Below, piece after piece: positions 43,950 through 61,531 of a stretch of DNA of 64,000 nucleotides. The position numbers and the translations under genes were made by a program. Under the pieces are notes generated by a model. That model made no database searches. It was not told where the DNA came from and was given only the letters and a program-made list of their open reading frames with translations. Source of the DNA: Dictyostelium discoideum. Taxonomy: Eukaryota. The stretch is taken from assembly GCA_000004695.1 (NCBI GenBank), contig CM000153.2, positions 4,000,001 through 4,064,000 of the forward strand, in the 5' to 3' direction. Within the stretch, counting starts at the first letter, position 1, and each line of letters opens with the position of its first letter.

Positions 43950-45150
43950 ATAAATAAATTATTAATAAATGATGATTTCAATGAAACATTTTTTAAAAAT
44001 GATATACCTGATACTCTTGACACAATTGAATTTATTTATTTTTTCAATAAACCTTTAATAAATAAACATATCAATTATGATTATAGTTCAAATTATCATT
44101 GTATTTTAAAATCAATAACATTTGGATACCATTTCAATAAAGAAATTAATGAAAACCTATTCCAAGATCATTGACCACATTGAAATTTGGTGAATCATTT
44201 AACCAAAAATTAATACCTGGAATATTTAAATATCAATGCAAATTGATATCAATTGAATTTGGTGAAAATTTCAATAATAAAGGATTCCCATTACCATTCA
44301 ATAATCAAGTATTTCCAAACTCTTTACAAATTTTAAAATTTGCAAATAATTTTAATTCACCTTTAATTGACTTGATTATCAAGTTTACCAAATTTAACAA
44401 TTTTAAAATTTCCCAATTTTTTAGAATTACAAATTGGTTCAACCAATATATTAAATTCTATTTTCCCATCATTAAAAACAATTAATTGTAATTACAACTA
44501 TAATAATCAAGTAGAGGGTACAAATGGAGGAATAGAATGGACTACCTCAATAACATCATTAACCTTATTAACATTTAATAATAATAGTAGTATAATATTT
44601 TCATTTTTACCAAAATCATTAAAACATTTAAGTTTACCAAATTTTAATCGACCTTTTCCTACAATTGATGAAAATTCATTACCATGGAAAAATTTAGAGA
44701 GTTTAGAATTTGGAGGTGGTGGTTGTGGTGATGGTTTAAAATTTTCCACATCACATCCTTTCACACAATCTATCTCATTTCCAAATTTAAAATCATTAAA
44801 AATTAGTATTTCAAATTATAAATCATTATCAATTAATTTATTTCCAAAGTTAGAATCAATCATCTTTTTAGAATCAATATCATTTACATTATTTAATAAA
44901 CAATATGTTGATTCTGAATCATTATTTAAAATCTTACCAAACTCTTTAACATATTTAGAACTTGAATCTCTAAACCTAAATAAGCCATTAAATGATCCAA
45001 CTTTGATTTTCCCATCAAACCTCTCCACTATTTCAATAACTAATAGCCAAAAATTTAAAATATTCCATCCAAATTTACCATTACCACCCCAATTAAAAAA
45101 ATTATTATATAATAATAATATTTATAATAAATATAATAACTATCATTAAA
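43950..45150 (+). pseudogene. FNIP-repeat family gene (amoeba-specific repeat), apparently disrupted: reading frame changes around 44150 and around 44376-44420
   Basis: FNIP-like text in three successive frames. First ...FNETFFKNDIPDTLDTIEFIYFFNKPL...ITFGYHFNKEINENLFQDH*. Then KPIPRSLTTLKFGESFNQKLIPGIF...LQILKFANNFNSPLIDL (44153..44485). Then a long open frame 44376..45147 (ISSLPNLTILKFPNF...LKHLSLPNFNRPFPTIDENSLPWKNLESLEFGGGG...). There are no GT..AG AT-rich introns at the frame changes. Confidence 0.45.
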
Positions 45151-45364
45151 AAATAATAAAATAAATAAAAAACCAAATAAATAATAATAGTTTTTAAAAA
45201 AAATAACGCCATTAATTTATTTATTGTTGCAAGAAAATTTCAGAAAAATTTCTTTCCACTGCGTAGTGAATTTTTTAATTTAATTTCCCTGCACTAACTT
45301 AGTTAAAAAAAAAAAATCACTGACCCCAACTTTTTTTTTTTTTAAAAAAAAACAAAGTTTATTA

Positions 45365-45419
<55 letters not shown>

Positions 45420-45426
45420 TTTTTTA

Positions 45427-45482
<56 letters not shown>

Positions 45483-45500
45483 ATTATTATTATTATTATT
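45365..45500. repeat. (ATT)n microsatellite with interruptions, intergenic
   Basis: Read directly from the sequence. Confidence 0.9.
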
Positions 45501-45575
45501 ATTTTATTTAAAGATTTGTTTTCAAATAACTGTCAGTTAGATTTTATTTAATTTGATTTTTTATTTTTTAATTTC

Positions 45576-45613
<38 letters not shown>

Positions 45614-45721
45614 AAACAATCATTTTTTTTTTTTTCAACCACAAGATTTTTATTTTTCACTTGATATTAAAAAAGCTCATACATATTTATATCTTCCCAA
45701 ATCATAAAAACATTATTAATA

Positions 45722-47579
45722 ATGGATAATGAAAAATTGTTTTGGTCAGTTTATCATAATATATTTATTAGAAGTTTAATATTTAGTTTCATTTCAAATG
45801 GAAGATTAGAATTTAGCGACGAAACATTTTTATTTGATAAATTAAATACCAAATTTTATATTGGTAATAGAAGAAAATTTAAATACATTAAAAAACTATC
45901 ATGGTTAATTAAAAGAAAACAATACAATTTAATTAAAGATAAAATTAAAGATTTAAATAGTGGTTTATTAATAACAAAGAAATCAATTTATTATTTAATT
46001 GAACAATTCAATAATAATAATAATTATAATAATAATAATATTAAAAATAATGATGATGAAATTAAGGACCAAATTGAAATATTTGAATTATTGTGTAAAT
46101 TTAGAAAGTTAGAATTAATGTCAGTCGATGTTGATTTAATTGAAATTTCAAGTTTAGTAAATAATTTAAATTCTTTAAAGGTATTTACAAAATTTGAAAT
46201 TCCAACAACAACTGTTTCAATGGATCATGCAATCACAAAATGTAATTTAGAATCGTTAGAATATTTATTATTAAATAGAAATGAAGGGTTTTCAATTAAT
46301 TTATTAAATGATATTTTAATGAATTCTAGTATACCTAAATTAGAAAGACTTTTAAATTTTTTATTAAATAATAATAATTGTAATTGTTGTAAAATTAATA
46401 TACCAATATCAGATATACTTAAACAACAATCTAAAATTCAAAAAGTTAAAGAGAATGAAGAAATTATAGATTGTCTTGAAAGTAAATGTGAAGGATCAAT
46501 TTTTTATAAATTTTTTAAAGGAAATAAAAATTTAATAAGTTTTCAAATATTTTTAATAGTTAGAAATGAAGAAATTCAAAATAAATTAATGGATTTTGAA
46601 CAGGTTGAAATAATAACATCAGTTAATAAAATTACTACATTATTTTCTCAATATGATATAATCACTCTAACTCAACCAATAAATCGTTATTTACATTTAC
46701 ATTTTTCAAATATTAAAATCATTGAAATTATTGATAAATATTTCATTTTAAATTTTAAAAATGCAATTGCTGATAAAAAAGCAACAAATCATTATTTTCC
46801 TAATCATGATTTTGTTACTTCTATAGCTCCAGTTCAACCAAAATTAGGATTTGTAGATGGTCAAAGAATACCAAAAATTGATAATAATTTACACTATACT
46901 ACATTCAATAAATTTAATAGTTACTATAATGATTATTTTTCACCAAGACATCAATCACATATTCAAACTAATAATAGATTAAATAAAAACAATAATAGTA
47001 TTGATGATGGTGGTGATCATAAAAATAAAATTTACTCTTTGAATGAAAATTATTTTATAAGAAGAAATTCATTAGTTACATTATTTAATTTAGGTGGTGT
47101 TAAAGAGGTTTTAGAAGCAATAAAAGAAAATCCAAAATATTATGAACTAAATTTTAACATTTCTTTAAGAGAGATGACTAAAATTATTAAATATTATGAG
47201 ATTGAAATTTCAATTCAACTGTTACCAAAATTTTTAGGCCAATCTACACAATATCCTTTTAGAAATACAATTTTAAATTTATTAAATTCATCCATAAAGA
47301 ATTCTAGAACTGATCAATTTGAATTATTATTAGCATTAGCAAAAGGTACAAAACTTGATCTTTATTCATCATATTCTGTTACTTTTTCACCTGTCAAAAA
47401 CATTATTCATCAATTATTAATTTCTGTTAAAAGAGGTGATATTAAAATGTATGAATATTTATTATCACTTGTATCAAATAATATTAAAAATCTTAATAAT
47501 GATCAAGAAGAAAATAAAATTAATAATATAATTATTAATAATATTGGTCAAGATGATAATAAAAATAATAATATGGATC

Positions 47580-47659
<80 letters not shown>

Positions 47660-47860
47660 GAATTAGTACAAAAATTAAGATTTAAAATTATTTCTCAAAC
47701 TTTAAAAAATGCAACTCAAGCGAATAATATTGTTTTATGTGAATTATTATTGTCAAATGAGTTATATAATATTTATATACCAAAAGATTTCGATTACTCA
47801 TTAATGACTAGTAAATTTAGAAATATTAATTTTTATAATTATTATATAAAAAAACAATAA
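45722..47860 (+). CDS. Hypothetical protein (712 aa) with poly-Asn and a 28-residue poly-Gln tract. The N-terminal region resembles the leader of FNIP-family proteins, but there are no FNIP repeats.
   Basis: Single ORF. MDNEKLFWSVYHNIFIRSLIFSFI is similar in pattern to the start of the 48100 gene (KRVWGNIIIRNEILFHL). (CAA)n at 47578..47665. Confidence 0.55.
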
Positions 47861-48099
47861 ATAGTAATTTTATTTATTTTCCGTACAAGAAAATAAATTA
47901 AAAGGAAATTTCTGAAAAATAAGATATTTTTATATTTTCTCATGCAATTCCCAAAATACTTTTTTTTGTTTTGTTGTGGTTTTTTTTTTTTTTTTTTTCA
48001 TTTTTTATTATTTTTTATTATTTTTTTTATTTTAATTGCAAGACAACTAAATGATTTTTTATAATCAATTACACGCAACCACACATATTAATTTAAATT

Positions 48100-48447
48100 A
48101 TGGAAAAAAAATTTTTAGAATATTTAGTAAATAATAGTGAAAAGGACATAACCTTATTAGAAACACTTTTAACTTTATCTTTAAATGGTGTATACATTTC
48201 ATCAAAAACTTTAATAAATTTCATTAATGATGAAAATATTATTTCACAAAATTTAAATGAATATCAAATTGAATCATTAAATAATTTTAAAAAATATAAA
48301 TTAATAAATTATAAGGAAAATATTAAAAATGAAATAATTGAAAATAATAATAATAATAATAATCACAGTAATAATTATAAAATAAATCTCATGATTTCTT
48401 TAATAATTGAAAGAAATAATACATTTATAGGTAAAATCAATAAAATC

Positions 48448-48526
<79 letters not shown>

Positions 48527-48798
48527 TAATTGATAAAAATTATTTATTATTTAAAAGAGTTTGGGGAAATATTATAATTAGAAATGAAATTTTATTTCAT
48601 TTAAAATTATTTAATATTCATAAAAATACAGTTTTAGTAAATAATAAAAATAAACTTTACAATTATAAATACAAGAGTTATTTAAATTCAATTATAATTA
48701 GAGATGATGGTAAAAATGATATTGATTATGATAAAATTAATTTTGATTCAAAAACAGGTAAAAAAATAATAAATGATGAAGAAAATGAAGAAAATGAA

Positions 48799-48858
<60 letters not shown>

Positions 48859-50106
48859 TTTGATTATATTGATAATGAATATTATGAATTTCCAAATAAT
48901 TTAACAAAGATTGAAATTCAATTAAATACTAATAAATTGAAATTACCACAATCAATTACTAGTATTAAATTTGGTGATATTTTTAATCAATCGTTAGATG
49001 GTGGTTGGATACCAATAGGTTTGGAACATATTGAATTTGGAGAAGATTTTCAACAACCAATTAGAGTTGGACATTTACCACAATCTTTGAAATCAATAAT
49101 CTTTGATGAAGATTATAGAGGTGAGATTGAATTTGGTGCAATATCATCAAACTCTATTGAAAATGGTGTATTAATATCAAATTCAAGATCACCATTATCA
49201 TTATCACAATTTCATCATAAATTTATTTCAATGCAAAATAGAAGAACAATTGAAGGATATAGAATACCAAATTATGTAAATTCATTAGAGTTTGATGATT
49301 ACTTTAATCAAGATTTTAGAGTTGGTGATTTACCAAATAACATTTGTGTTTGTTTAAAGTTTGGATATGAATTTAATAGTATCATTGAGAGGAATACATT
49401 GCCAATGTTTTTAAAGGAACTGAAATTTGGTAGTGGGTTTAATAAAGAGATTGGTGTTGGTGTTTTACCATTAACTTTGGAATCACTTGAATTTGGTTAC
49501 TCATTCAATCAGAAACTATCATCACTTAATTTACCAAAATCTTTAAAATACTTGACATTAGGTTCATCATGGAGACAAACAGTGGATTTTAGTCAAACAA
49601 ATTTAATCTCAATCAAATTTTCAGAAAGTATTTATGCCTTAACATTAAAAGATGATATTGGTGGTGGTGGTAGCAATTCATTTCCACCAACACTAACATC
49701 TTTGACATTGGGTGTATATTCTCATCAAACTAATTCAAATTTATTTCCACAATCTTTAATTCATTTAACAATTGGTCGTACTTTAAATAATTCAACATTT
49801 GATTTATATGATACAAACATTACCACCCTAACACTTGGTAATTATTTCAGTAATCCAGTTTTACCAAAGAATTTGAAACATTTAATTATAAAATCAATTC
49901 GAAAATCTGATTTATCAAGCTCAACCCTACCTCAAACATTAGAATCAATCCATATTTTAAAAACAACTCCAAAATTATCTTTTAAAAATCTTCCTCAATC
50001 TATAAAAAATATTTATTGTAATGATTTAAATCTTTTAAATTCTGCTCCTCTCAAATTTTTTTTAAAATATTTCAATTTGTTTGATCAAAAATATGAAAGT
50101 AATTGA
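48100..50106 (+). CDS. FNIP-repeat-containing protein (668 aa)
   Basis: Single ORF. Repeated ~22-aa FNIP units: IKFGDIFNQSLDGGWIPIGLEHIEFGEDFQQPIRVGHLPQSLKSIIF, LEFDDYFNQDFRVGDLPNNI, LKFGSGFNKEIGVGVLPLTLESLEFGYSFNQKLSSLNLPKSLKYLTLG. Two coding (AAT)n poly-Asn tracts. Confidence 0.75.
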
Positions 50107-50756
50107 AATAAAAAAAAAAAAATATATGAAATCTGCAAATTAAAAATAAAATATGAAATCTGCAAATGAAAAAAAAAAAAAAAAAAAAAATTTTGTTTGC
50201 ATGTTATTTTTATTTGTTTTTTTTTTTTTATTTTTTTTTTTTTTTTTTTTTTAAATCTATAAAATTATTTTTTTATTATTATTATTAAATAATTATTATT
50301 TATATTTTAAAAAAATTATTACTAAAAAAATTATCTATTTTGGTATTAACAATTTTTTTTTTTTTTTTTTTAAATTAAAAAAGGTGAATATTATTATTTT
50401 AATAAGACTTTTTTTTTTGAACAAAAAAATGCCATTTTTCAAAAATCAATTAATGATATTTTTTTTTAAATTTTTTTTTTTTTTTTTTATTTTTTTTTTT
50501 TTTTTTTATTTTTTTTTTTGGAATTTTTGGTTTTTTTTTTTTTTTTAGTGTGTGTATTGTTATTATTTGTATATAGGTGTAAATTATTAAATAACTCAAA
50601 TAACATTTATCTTTTTATAGGTTTTATAATTTTTTTTTTTTAAAATTTTTTTAAATTTTTTTTTTTTAATATAATAGTTTGTGTGGTTAATAATCCATTC
50701 ATATTCTTTGTTTTATTATATTAAATAATTATTTTATTTTTTTTTTTTTTATTTTT

Positions 50757-50793
<37 letters not shown>

Positions 50794-50888
50794 CACTTGT
50801 ACATGACAATATTTCTTTAATTTTTTTTTTTTTTATGTTATGCGGACATACAAACATATTTTATAATAAAGTATAGCAATAAACAATA

Positions 50889-50890
<2 letters not shown>

Positions 50891-50978
<88 letters not shown>
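50891..50978. repeat. (AAT)n microsatellite, intergenic, upstream of the PIPK gene
   Basis: Read directly from the sequence. Confidence 0.9.
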
Positions 50979-50981
<3 letters not shown>

Positions 50982-51044
50982 TAAAAAAATATATATAATA
51001 TTATAATAATAAATAATTATAATAATAAATAAATAAATAAATAA

Positions 51045-55036
<3,992 letters not shown>

Positions 55037-55352
55037 AAAAAAAAAAAAAAAAAAAAAAAATTATAATTAAAAAAGTATGAAAATAAAAACCTAAATGAAG
55101 CATTAAAAAAAAAAATAAAAAATAAATACTGTTTTTTTAATCTTTTTATTATAACCTTTTTCAGAGTCACGAAAGATATTCTCTTTGTATGTACACACAA
55201 AAAAATATTTACATTGTTGGTTGTTATTTTCCCAAATTTTATAAATTTGTAAAAAAAAAAAAAAGATTAATATTTTTTTGATCATTGGGTTGTTCAACTG
55301 GATTTAGATTCAAATATAGATGAAATTGGGTTAGTTTATAATATATTTTTTA

Positions 55353-55829
55353 TTAATTAAAACATCTTTGACCAGCAGATGGATTATAACAAGTATTTCC
55401 ACATGCTTGGTAACCAAATGAACAAATTACACCACCTGGATAACATTTTTGACCTGATGATGGACTATAACAAGATCTACCACATGCCTCATAACCAAAT
55501 GAACAAATTATACCACCTGGATAACATTTTTGACCTGACGATGGACTATAACAAGAATTACCACATGCTTGATAACCAAATGAACAAATTACACCACCTG
55601 GATTACATTTTTGACCCGATGATGGACTATAGCAATTATTTCCACATGCTTCATAACCAAATGAGCAAACTACACCACCTGGATAGCATTTTTGGCCTGA
55701 TGATGGACTATAGCAGTTATTTCCACAAGCTTGATAACCAAATGAACAAACTACATCACTTGCACTTTCAACATTTTTTAAAAAAAATAAAATGCCAAAT
55801 AAAAAAAATAAAATTGAAATTAATTTCAT
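55353..55829 (-). CDS. Small secreted cysteine-rich protein built from five tandem 27-aa modules (C-x6-C-x3-C-x8-C)
   Basis: Signal peptide MKLISILFFLFGILFFLKNVESA, then 5x (V/I)(V/I)CSFGY(Q/E)ACGNxCYSPSSGQKC(Y/N)PGG. Underlying DNA is five 81-bp direct repeats (55379..55785), ~90% identical. Confidence 0.7.
   Translation of the reverse strand: MKLISILFFLFGILFFLKNVESASDVVCSFGYQACGNNCYSPSSGQKCYPGGVVCSFGYEACGNNCYSPSSGQKCNPGGVICSFGYQACGNSCYSPSSGQKCYPGGIICSFGYEACGRSCYSPSSGQKCYPGGVICSFGYQACGNTCYNPSAGQRCFN
55379..55785. repeat. 5 x 81-bp coding tandem repeat (minisatellite inside the Cys-rich gene)
   Basis: Units begin ...tggactataacaag / tggactatagcaat; the period of 81 nt was counted directly. 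Confidence 0.9.
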
Positions 55830-56330
55830 TATTAATAATTGTTATCACACTGTTTTTCAAATAAAAAAAAATTTTAATTTATACTTTTTGTTTTTTTTTA
55901 ATATGTAAAATTCAACAACTACAACAACAAAAGTTAATAATAATATTATTTATTTATGTTCATTCGTGTAAAAAATATAGTGGCTATTAATTTAATAAAT
56001 TTTAAGAAATAAAGATTTCAAGATTTTTTTAAAATTTTTTTAAATTTTTTTATCATCTGATAATTGATATTTATTTGTTTTTGATTTTTGAATTTTTAAT
56101 GTCGATTGGATTTAGTATTGTATCATTTTAATATAATTCATTTAATAATAATGAATGACCATATGAAAAAAATTATTTATATTATTATTTAGACTATTAT
56201 TTAAACTGTTTTTATCATTATTATGACTATTTTTTTCAACACTACTATTTTTATTATTTTCATTTTTAATTTCATTTTTCGGAGTCATGAGATATTTTAG
56301 ATATTTTTAAAAATAATTTTTTTATTTTTT

Positions 56331-56418
56331 TAAATATTTTCGGGAAAAAAAAAAAATATTTAATATTTTCGGGAAAAAAAAAAAAATATTTAATATTTTC
56401 GGGAAAAAAAAAAAAAAA
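56331..56418. repeat. 3 x ~30-bp tandem repeat (atattttcgggaaaaaaaaaaaaatatttaat) immediately 5' of the PLB-like gene start
   Basis: Three near-identical copies, each with a rare ttcggg core in an AT background, ending ~30 bp before ATG 56446. Confidence 0.85.
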
Positions 56419-56445
56419 TTATCACACACCCAACCACAATAAAAA

Positions 56446-58081
56446 ATGAATAAAATTATAATTTTAATTTCTTTATTTTTAAATTTTTTATTTGGTTATG
56501 TTGTTTGTTTAAATGAAAATAATCAAAAATCACAAAACTTAATAATACCAACATATTCAATTAAATTAAAATCTGATGGTGAATATTTGGTTTATTCTGG
56601 AAATGATACATTATCAATTGCACAAGCATCATATACAAATGAAATGATGTCAATTGGATGGGGTTACATTTCAATCACTACCAATCCAAAATATAATGAT
56701 TCATTACAAATTGAAGCAGCAGGTTATCTTGAAGGTTATTTATCATATGAAATGATTTGGCAAAATTGGAATAATATGATGGTTAATCAAAATGCTAATA
56801 ATTCATTTGGAAATGATATAATTAGTTGGGCAAAAGAGAATATTTTATATATGAATCAACAAATCCAATTAAATCAAAATGATCCATATTGGATAAATGT
56901 TAATTTAGTATTACAACAATTAAATGGTTTAACCAATGGATATAGTGACGCAAATCAAAATCCAGATCGTCAATTATCATTAATGGATTTTATACTTTTA
57001 AATATGAATGTTGAAATTTATGATATTATGAATTCTTTAAAGAATAATTCATCATCATTTTATCAACAACCTAATAATAATAGTTTTGATAATAATCAAC
57101 ATTGCTCAGCATTAATTAAATTAACAGATGATTTAACAGAATTATATACAGGTCATACTACATGGAGTGATTATTATCAAATGGTTAGAATGATTAAATC
57201 ATATAATTTCAGATTTTCAAAATTAGTAGCTGCAAAATCAAATACTACAATGTTTTCAGGTTATCCTGGAGTATTGATGAGTGTTGATGATTTTTATATG
57301 TTGGATTCGAAATTGGTTGTTTTGGAAACTACAAATGGAATAAAAGATAATGATAGTGAGTTATTCAAACTTATTAAACCACAATCAGTTTTAACTTGGA
57401 TTAGAATTATAGTAACCAATCGTATTGCTCATAGTGGAAAATCATGGTGTGAAATATTTGAAAAAGAAAATAGTGGTACCTATAATAATCAATGGATGAT
57501 AGTTGATTACAATAAGTTTATAAAAGGTGTTAGAGTTCAAGATGGTACACTTTACGTTTTTGAGCAATTACCAGGCTATGTTGAATATGCTGACGTAACT
57601 AATATTTTACGTACTGGTTATTGGCCAAGTTTTAATGTCCCTTACTTTGAAACAATTTCTAATATGTCTGGATTTAATTATCAATCATCATCAAGTGATA
57701 GTAGTAGTAGTAGTGGTAGTATAGCATATGAACAATATCCTCGTTCACAAATTTTTAGACGTGATTCAAATAAAGTTTATTCAATTTCAGATTTTCAAGC
57801 ATTTATGAGATATAATGATTTTCAAAATGATCCTTTGGCATATGGTGATCCAGGTAATCAAATTTCAAGTCGGTTTGATCTTATTACTCCTCAAAATAAT
57901 GCTTCCGCTGCTGGTGGTATAGATTCTAAAGTAACCTCTTTGGAACTAATTAATCAATTTTTAATGATAGCTCAATCTGGCCCAACTCATGATCAAGAAC
58001 CACCATTTTCTTGGTCTTCTGAAAACTGGAAAAATAAATATCCAACAATAGGACAACCTGATACATTTGATTTTGGTATGT

Positions 58082-58173
<92 letters not shown>

Positions 58174-58204
58174 TATAAAAAAATAATAATAATACTAATG
58201 TTTA

Positions 58205-58239
<35 letters not shown>

Positions 58240-58334
58240 AATAATAATAATAATAATAATAATAAAAAGAATGGGTAACATTTTCAACAACATCATTTGG
58301 ATCATTTCCATCAGCATCAAATGAAAAAAAGTAA
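56446..58334 (+). CDS. Phospholipase B-like protein (PLBD/LAMA family), secreted
   Basis: Signal peptide MNKIIILISLFLNFLFGYVVC. PLBD signatures: AAGYLEGYLSYEMIW, NQHCSALIKL (Cys at the conserved autocleavage site), TELYTGHTTWSDYYQMVR, WCEIFEKENSGTYNNQWMIVDY. Proposed last intron 58076..58269 (donor GTATGT after ...DTFDFG, (AAT)n-rich, acceptor AAAAG) gives the C-terminal exon 58270..58334 (EWVTFSTTSFGSFPSASNEKK*). Alternatively the poly-N run is read through (the track ORF ends at 58278). Confidence 0.7.
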
Positions 58335-58407
58335 GTAAATTATTTACTTTAATTGTTTTTTGTTTTTGGGAAAATAAAAATAAAAAATAAAAAATAAAAA
58401 ATAAAAA

Positions 58408-58438
<31 letters not shown>

Positions 58439-58829
58439 AATAAAAATAATTTTATTATTAAATTTTTAAGTTGAATTTTAATTTGAACATTATTTTTTTT
58501 TTATTTTTTTTTATTTTTTATTTTTTTTTTTTTTTAATCTACCACCATGTTTTTTTTTTTTTTTTTTTTAATTTAGTTATTAGAATAATATTTTCACTTT
58601 TTGGTTTTTTGGGAACATTTGAGTTTTTTCATTTAATTAATTTTAAATAAAATTAAAATAAAAATAAAAAACAAAATATTTATAAATAATAAAAAAAAAA
58701 AAAAATAAAAAAAAAAGAAAAAGGAAAAAAAAAAAAAAAAAACACACACCAGAAAACCATCTTTTCTTCTGATTATGTATAGATCAACATTATTTTTATC
58801 TGCATCATCACTATCACCATTATCAATAA

Positions 58830-58862
<33 letters not shown>

Positions 58863-59032
58863 TGAGATTTTGAAAATTTAGATAAGAAGAATAAAAATAG
58901 TGATCCATATAAGTATTTGGTGTGCTCACACTATTTTTTTTTTTTTTTTTTTTTTTTTTCCTTTTTGGGTTATAAATTCAATAATTTTTTTTTTTTCTAT
59001 GTATAAAAAAAAATTTTTCCAACATAACATTT

Positions 59033-59075
<43 letters not shown>

Positions 59076-59404
59076 ATAGTGTTGGGTGTGTTTTATAAAT
59101 TTGCAACATGAAACATATAAAAAATAATATTTTTCATTAATTTTTTTTTTCACATATTGTATGATATAAAATAAAGGAAAAAAAGTAAAAAAATAACACA
59201 AAAGCACACAGTAACACTTTTTTTTTTTTTTTGAGATTACAAAAATAGATGTAAAAAAAAAAAAAAGAAAAAAAAACATAAAAAAAAAAACAAAACATTG
59301 ATGTGAGTGTGTGGGTGTGGGATCCAATAATAAACATAAGTTGTGAACAAAAATAATAATAATAATAATAATATTAATATATTATTAAAAAAAAAAAAAT
59401 TAAA

Positions 59405-59437
<33 letters not shown>

Positions 59438-59759
59438 ATTTTTTTTAAAAAAAAAAAAAATTATTATTATTATTACCAAAATTAAAATTAAAATTAAAAT
59501 ATTTTAAATTTAAAAAACCAATTTTTTAAAAAAAAATATTAATTTTAATAGGGGGGGGGAGAAAAAAAGTAATAATTTTCCCCCCCCCAAATTTTTCCCC
59601 TTTTAAAATTCCCTTAAAAAATTTAATTTAAAACCTCAAAAAAAAAAAAAAAAAAAAAAATTTTAAATAGAATAAAATAAAATAAAATAAGGAATAGAAG
59701 TAATATATTAGTGTAATTCCAAAATATTACTCTACTTTTTACTCCCCTATCACTATTTT

Positions 59760-59818
<59 letters not shown>

Positions 59819-60376
59819 TAAAAATAAAAATACAATTTATTTTTAAACTATTTTTATATCTCACATATCTGTTTTTTTCCTTTTCTTAATCCTCCAACAA
59901 AAATAAAAATAAAAAATAATAATAATAATAATTTTGTTTTTTGAAATATCCATATTAATATAATTATATAGAATTTAATAAAAAAAAAAAATCATATTGT
60001 TGGTTTAATTTATTTAAGATAAAAAAAAAAAATTTTAAAAAATATTAAATTAAATATTTTTTTTCCTTTTCTATATTTTATTATTATAATACATATAATT
60101 TTATCGTTACATAAGTAAAAAAAAATAATAATAATAATAATAAAAATAATAATATTAATTTTATTATATTTATTTTTTATTTTTTATTTTTTTTTGGTAA
60201 TTATTTGAATTTTTTTTTTTTTTTTATTAGGTTTTTTTTTTTTTATAAAATTTATTATTTTTTAATAATAATAAAAAAAATAATAATAATAACACAACTA
60301 AATTATTTATTAATTAATAATTGTATAGATATAAAAGAAAAAAATTTTTTAAAAAAAAAAAAACCAATAAAAGAAA

Positions 60377-61453
60377 ATGATTGATATCTTACCAAAAGAA
60401 ATCAACTCAATTAAAGATAGAAAAAAAAAGAAAAGAGAAAGAAGAAGAATTGTTGATGTTCAAATTACTAATGGAATAAATTCAACATCAAATCTTTGCA
60501 CAAATAATCAAACAGTTTCAAGCTTTTTACCTGTAATAATTGATCAACAATTTAAATCAAATAATAATAATAATATCAATAATATTAATAATAATAGGAG
60601 CTCATTAAAAATCAATATAAATAATATAATAAATACAAAAAAAGAAGAAATAGTTGAAAGTTCAAATAATTTTGATTCTACAACAAATGTAGAAAATTGT
60701 TCTTCTTCTTCTTCATCTTCATCATCAACAACAACAATTGATGATTGTATTAATTATAATAATATTAGTAATAAAAATAATAATAAAATATATAAACAAG
60801 ATCAATTAATATTTAGAATGGAAGTAGACGGAGGTCTTAATGAAGATGATATTTATCATGGTAAAAAAATGAATAAAAATAAAAATATAGAAGAATCTAT
60901 TGAAATAGGGATGATGAATGAAGAAAATAATGAAGTTAGTTCATATGAATATATGGATATTGATAATAATAGTTGGTATAGTGGTGATCCATTTGTTTCG
61001 GAAGTTTTAAAGGATGAAAAGGAAACATTGGGATTAATTGAAAAGAAGAGATTAGAATTAGAATCTGTTGAACGTACCATTTCAACCTTAAGAGAAGCAA
61101 AAGATTCAATTTTAAAAGATATAATGATAAAAACTCAATTTTTAAAAAGTGTTCAAAGAAAAAAAGAAGATCAAATTAAAACCATAACCAATAGTTATCA
61201 TTCAATTGCAACAAAATATAATCTTTCACAAATTGAATCACGTTCATTAACATTAATCTTACCAGAAGAAGTGATGTTACATATTTTAAAATTTTTATCA
61301 CCAATTGATCTTTGTAGAGGTGTTTGTAGAGTTAGCTTAAAATGGAGATCATTGGCTTTTGATATTAGTCTTTGGAGAGATCTTTGTTTACAAAGAAGAT
61401 TACTCGATGGTTCAAATTATGGTTATTTCCCTCTAATTGATAATCAATTAACA

Positions 61454-61531
<78 letters not shown>

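Noticed and set aside
44507-45028. Minus-strand ORFs 44507..44764 and 44816..45028
   Set aside because: The plus strand has a continuous FNIP-repeat reading frame across 44376..45147 with recognisable family motifs. The minus ORFs are its antisense shadow.
55379-55864. Plus-strand 161-aa ORF (MDYNKYFHMLGNQMNKLHHLDNIFDL...)
   Set aside because: Antisense of the 81-bp tandem repeats. The minus strand gives a signal peptide plus a regular 4-Cys module, which is far more protein-like. The plus ORF is a periodic His/Met/Asn artefact.
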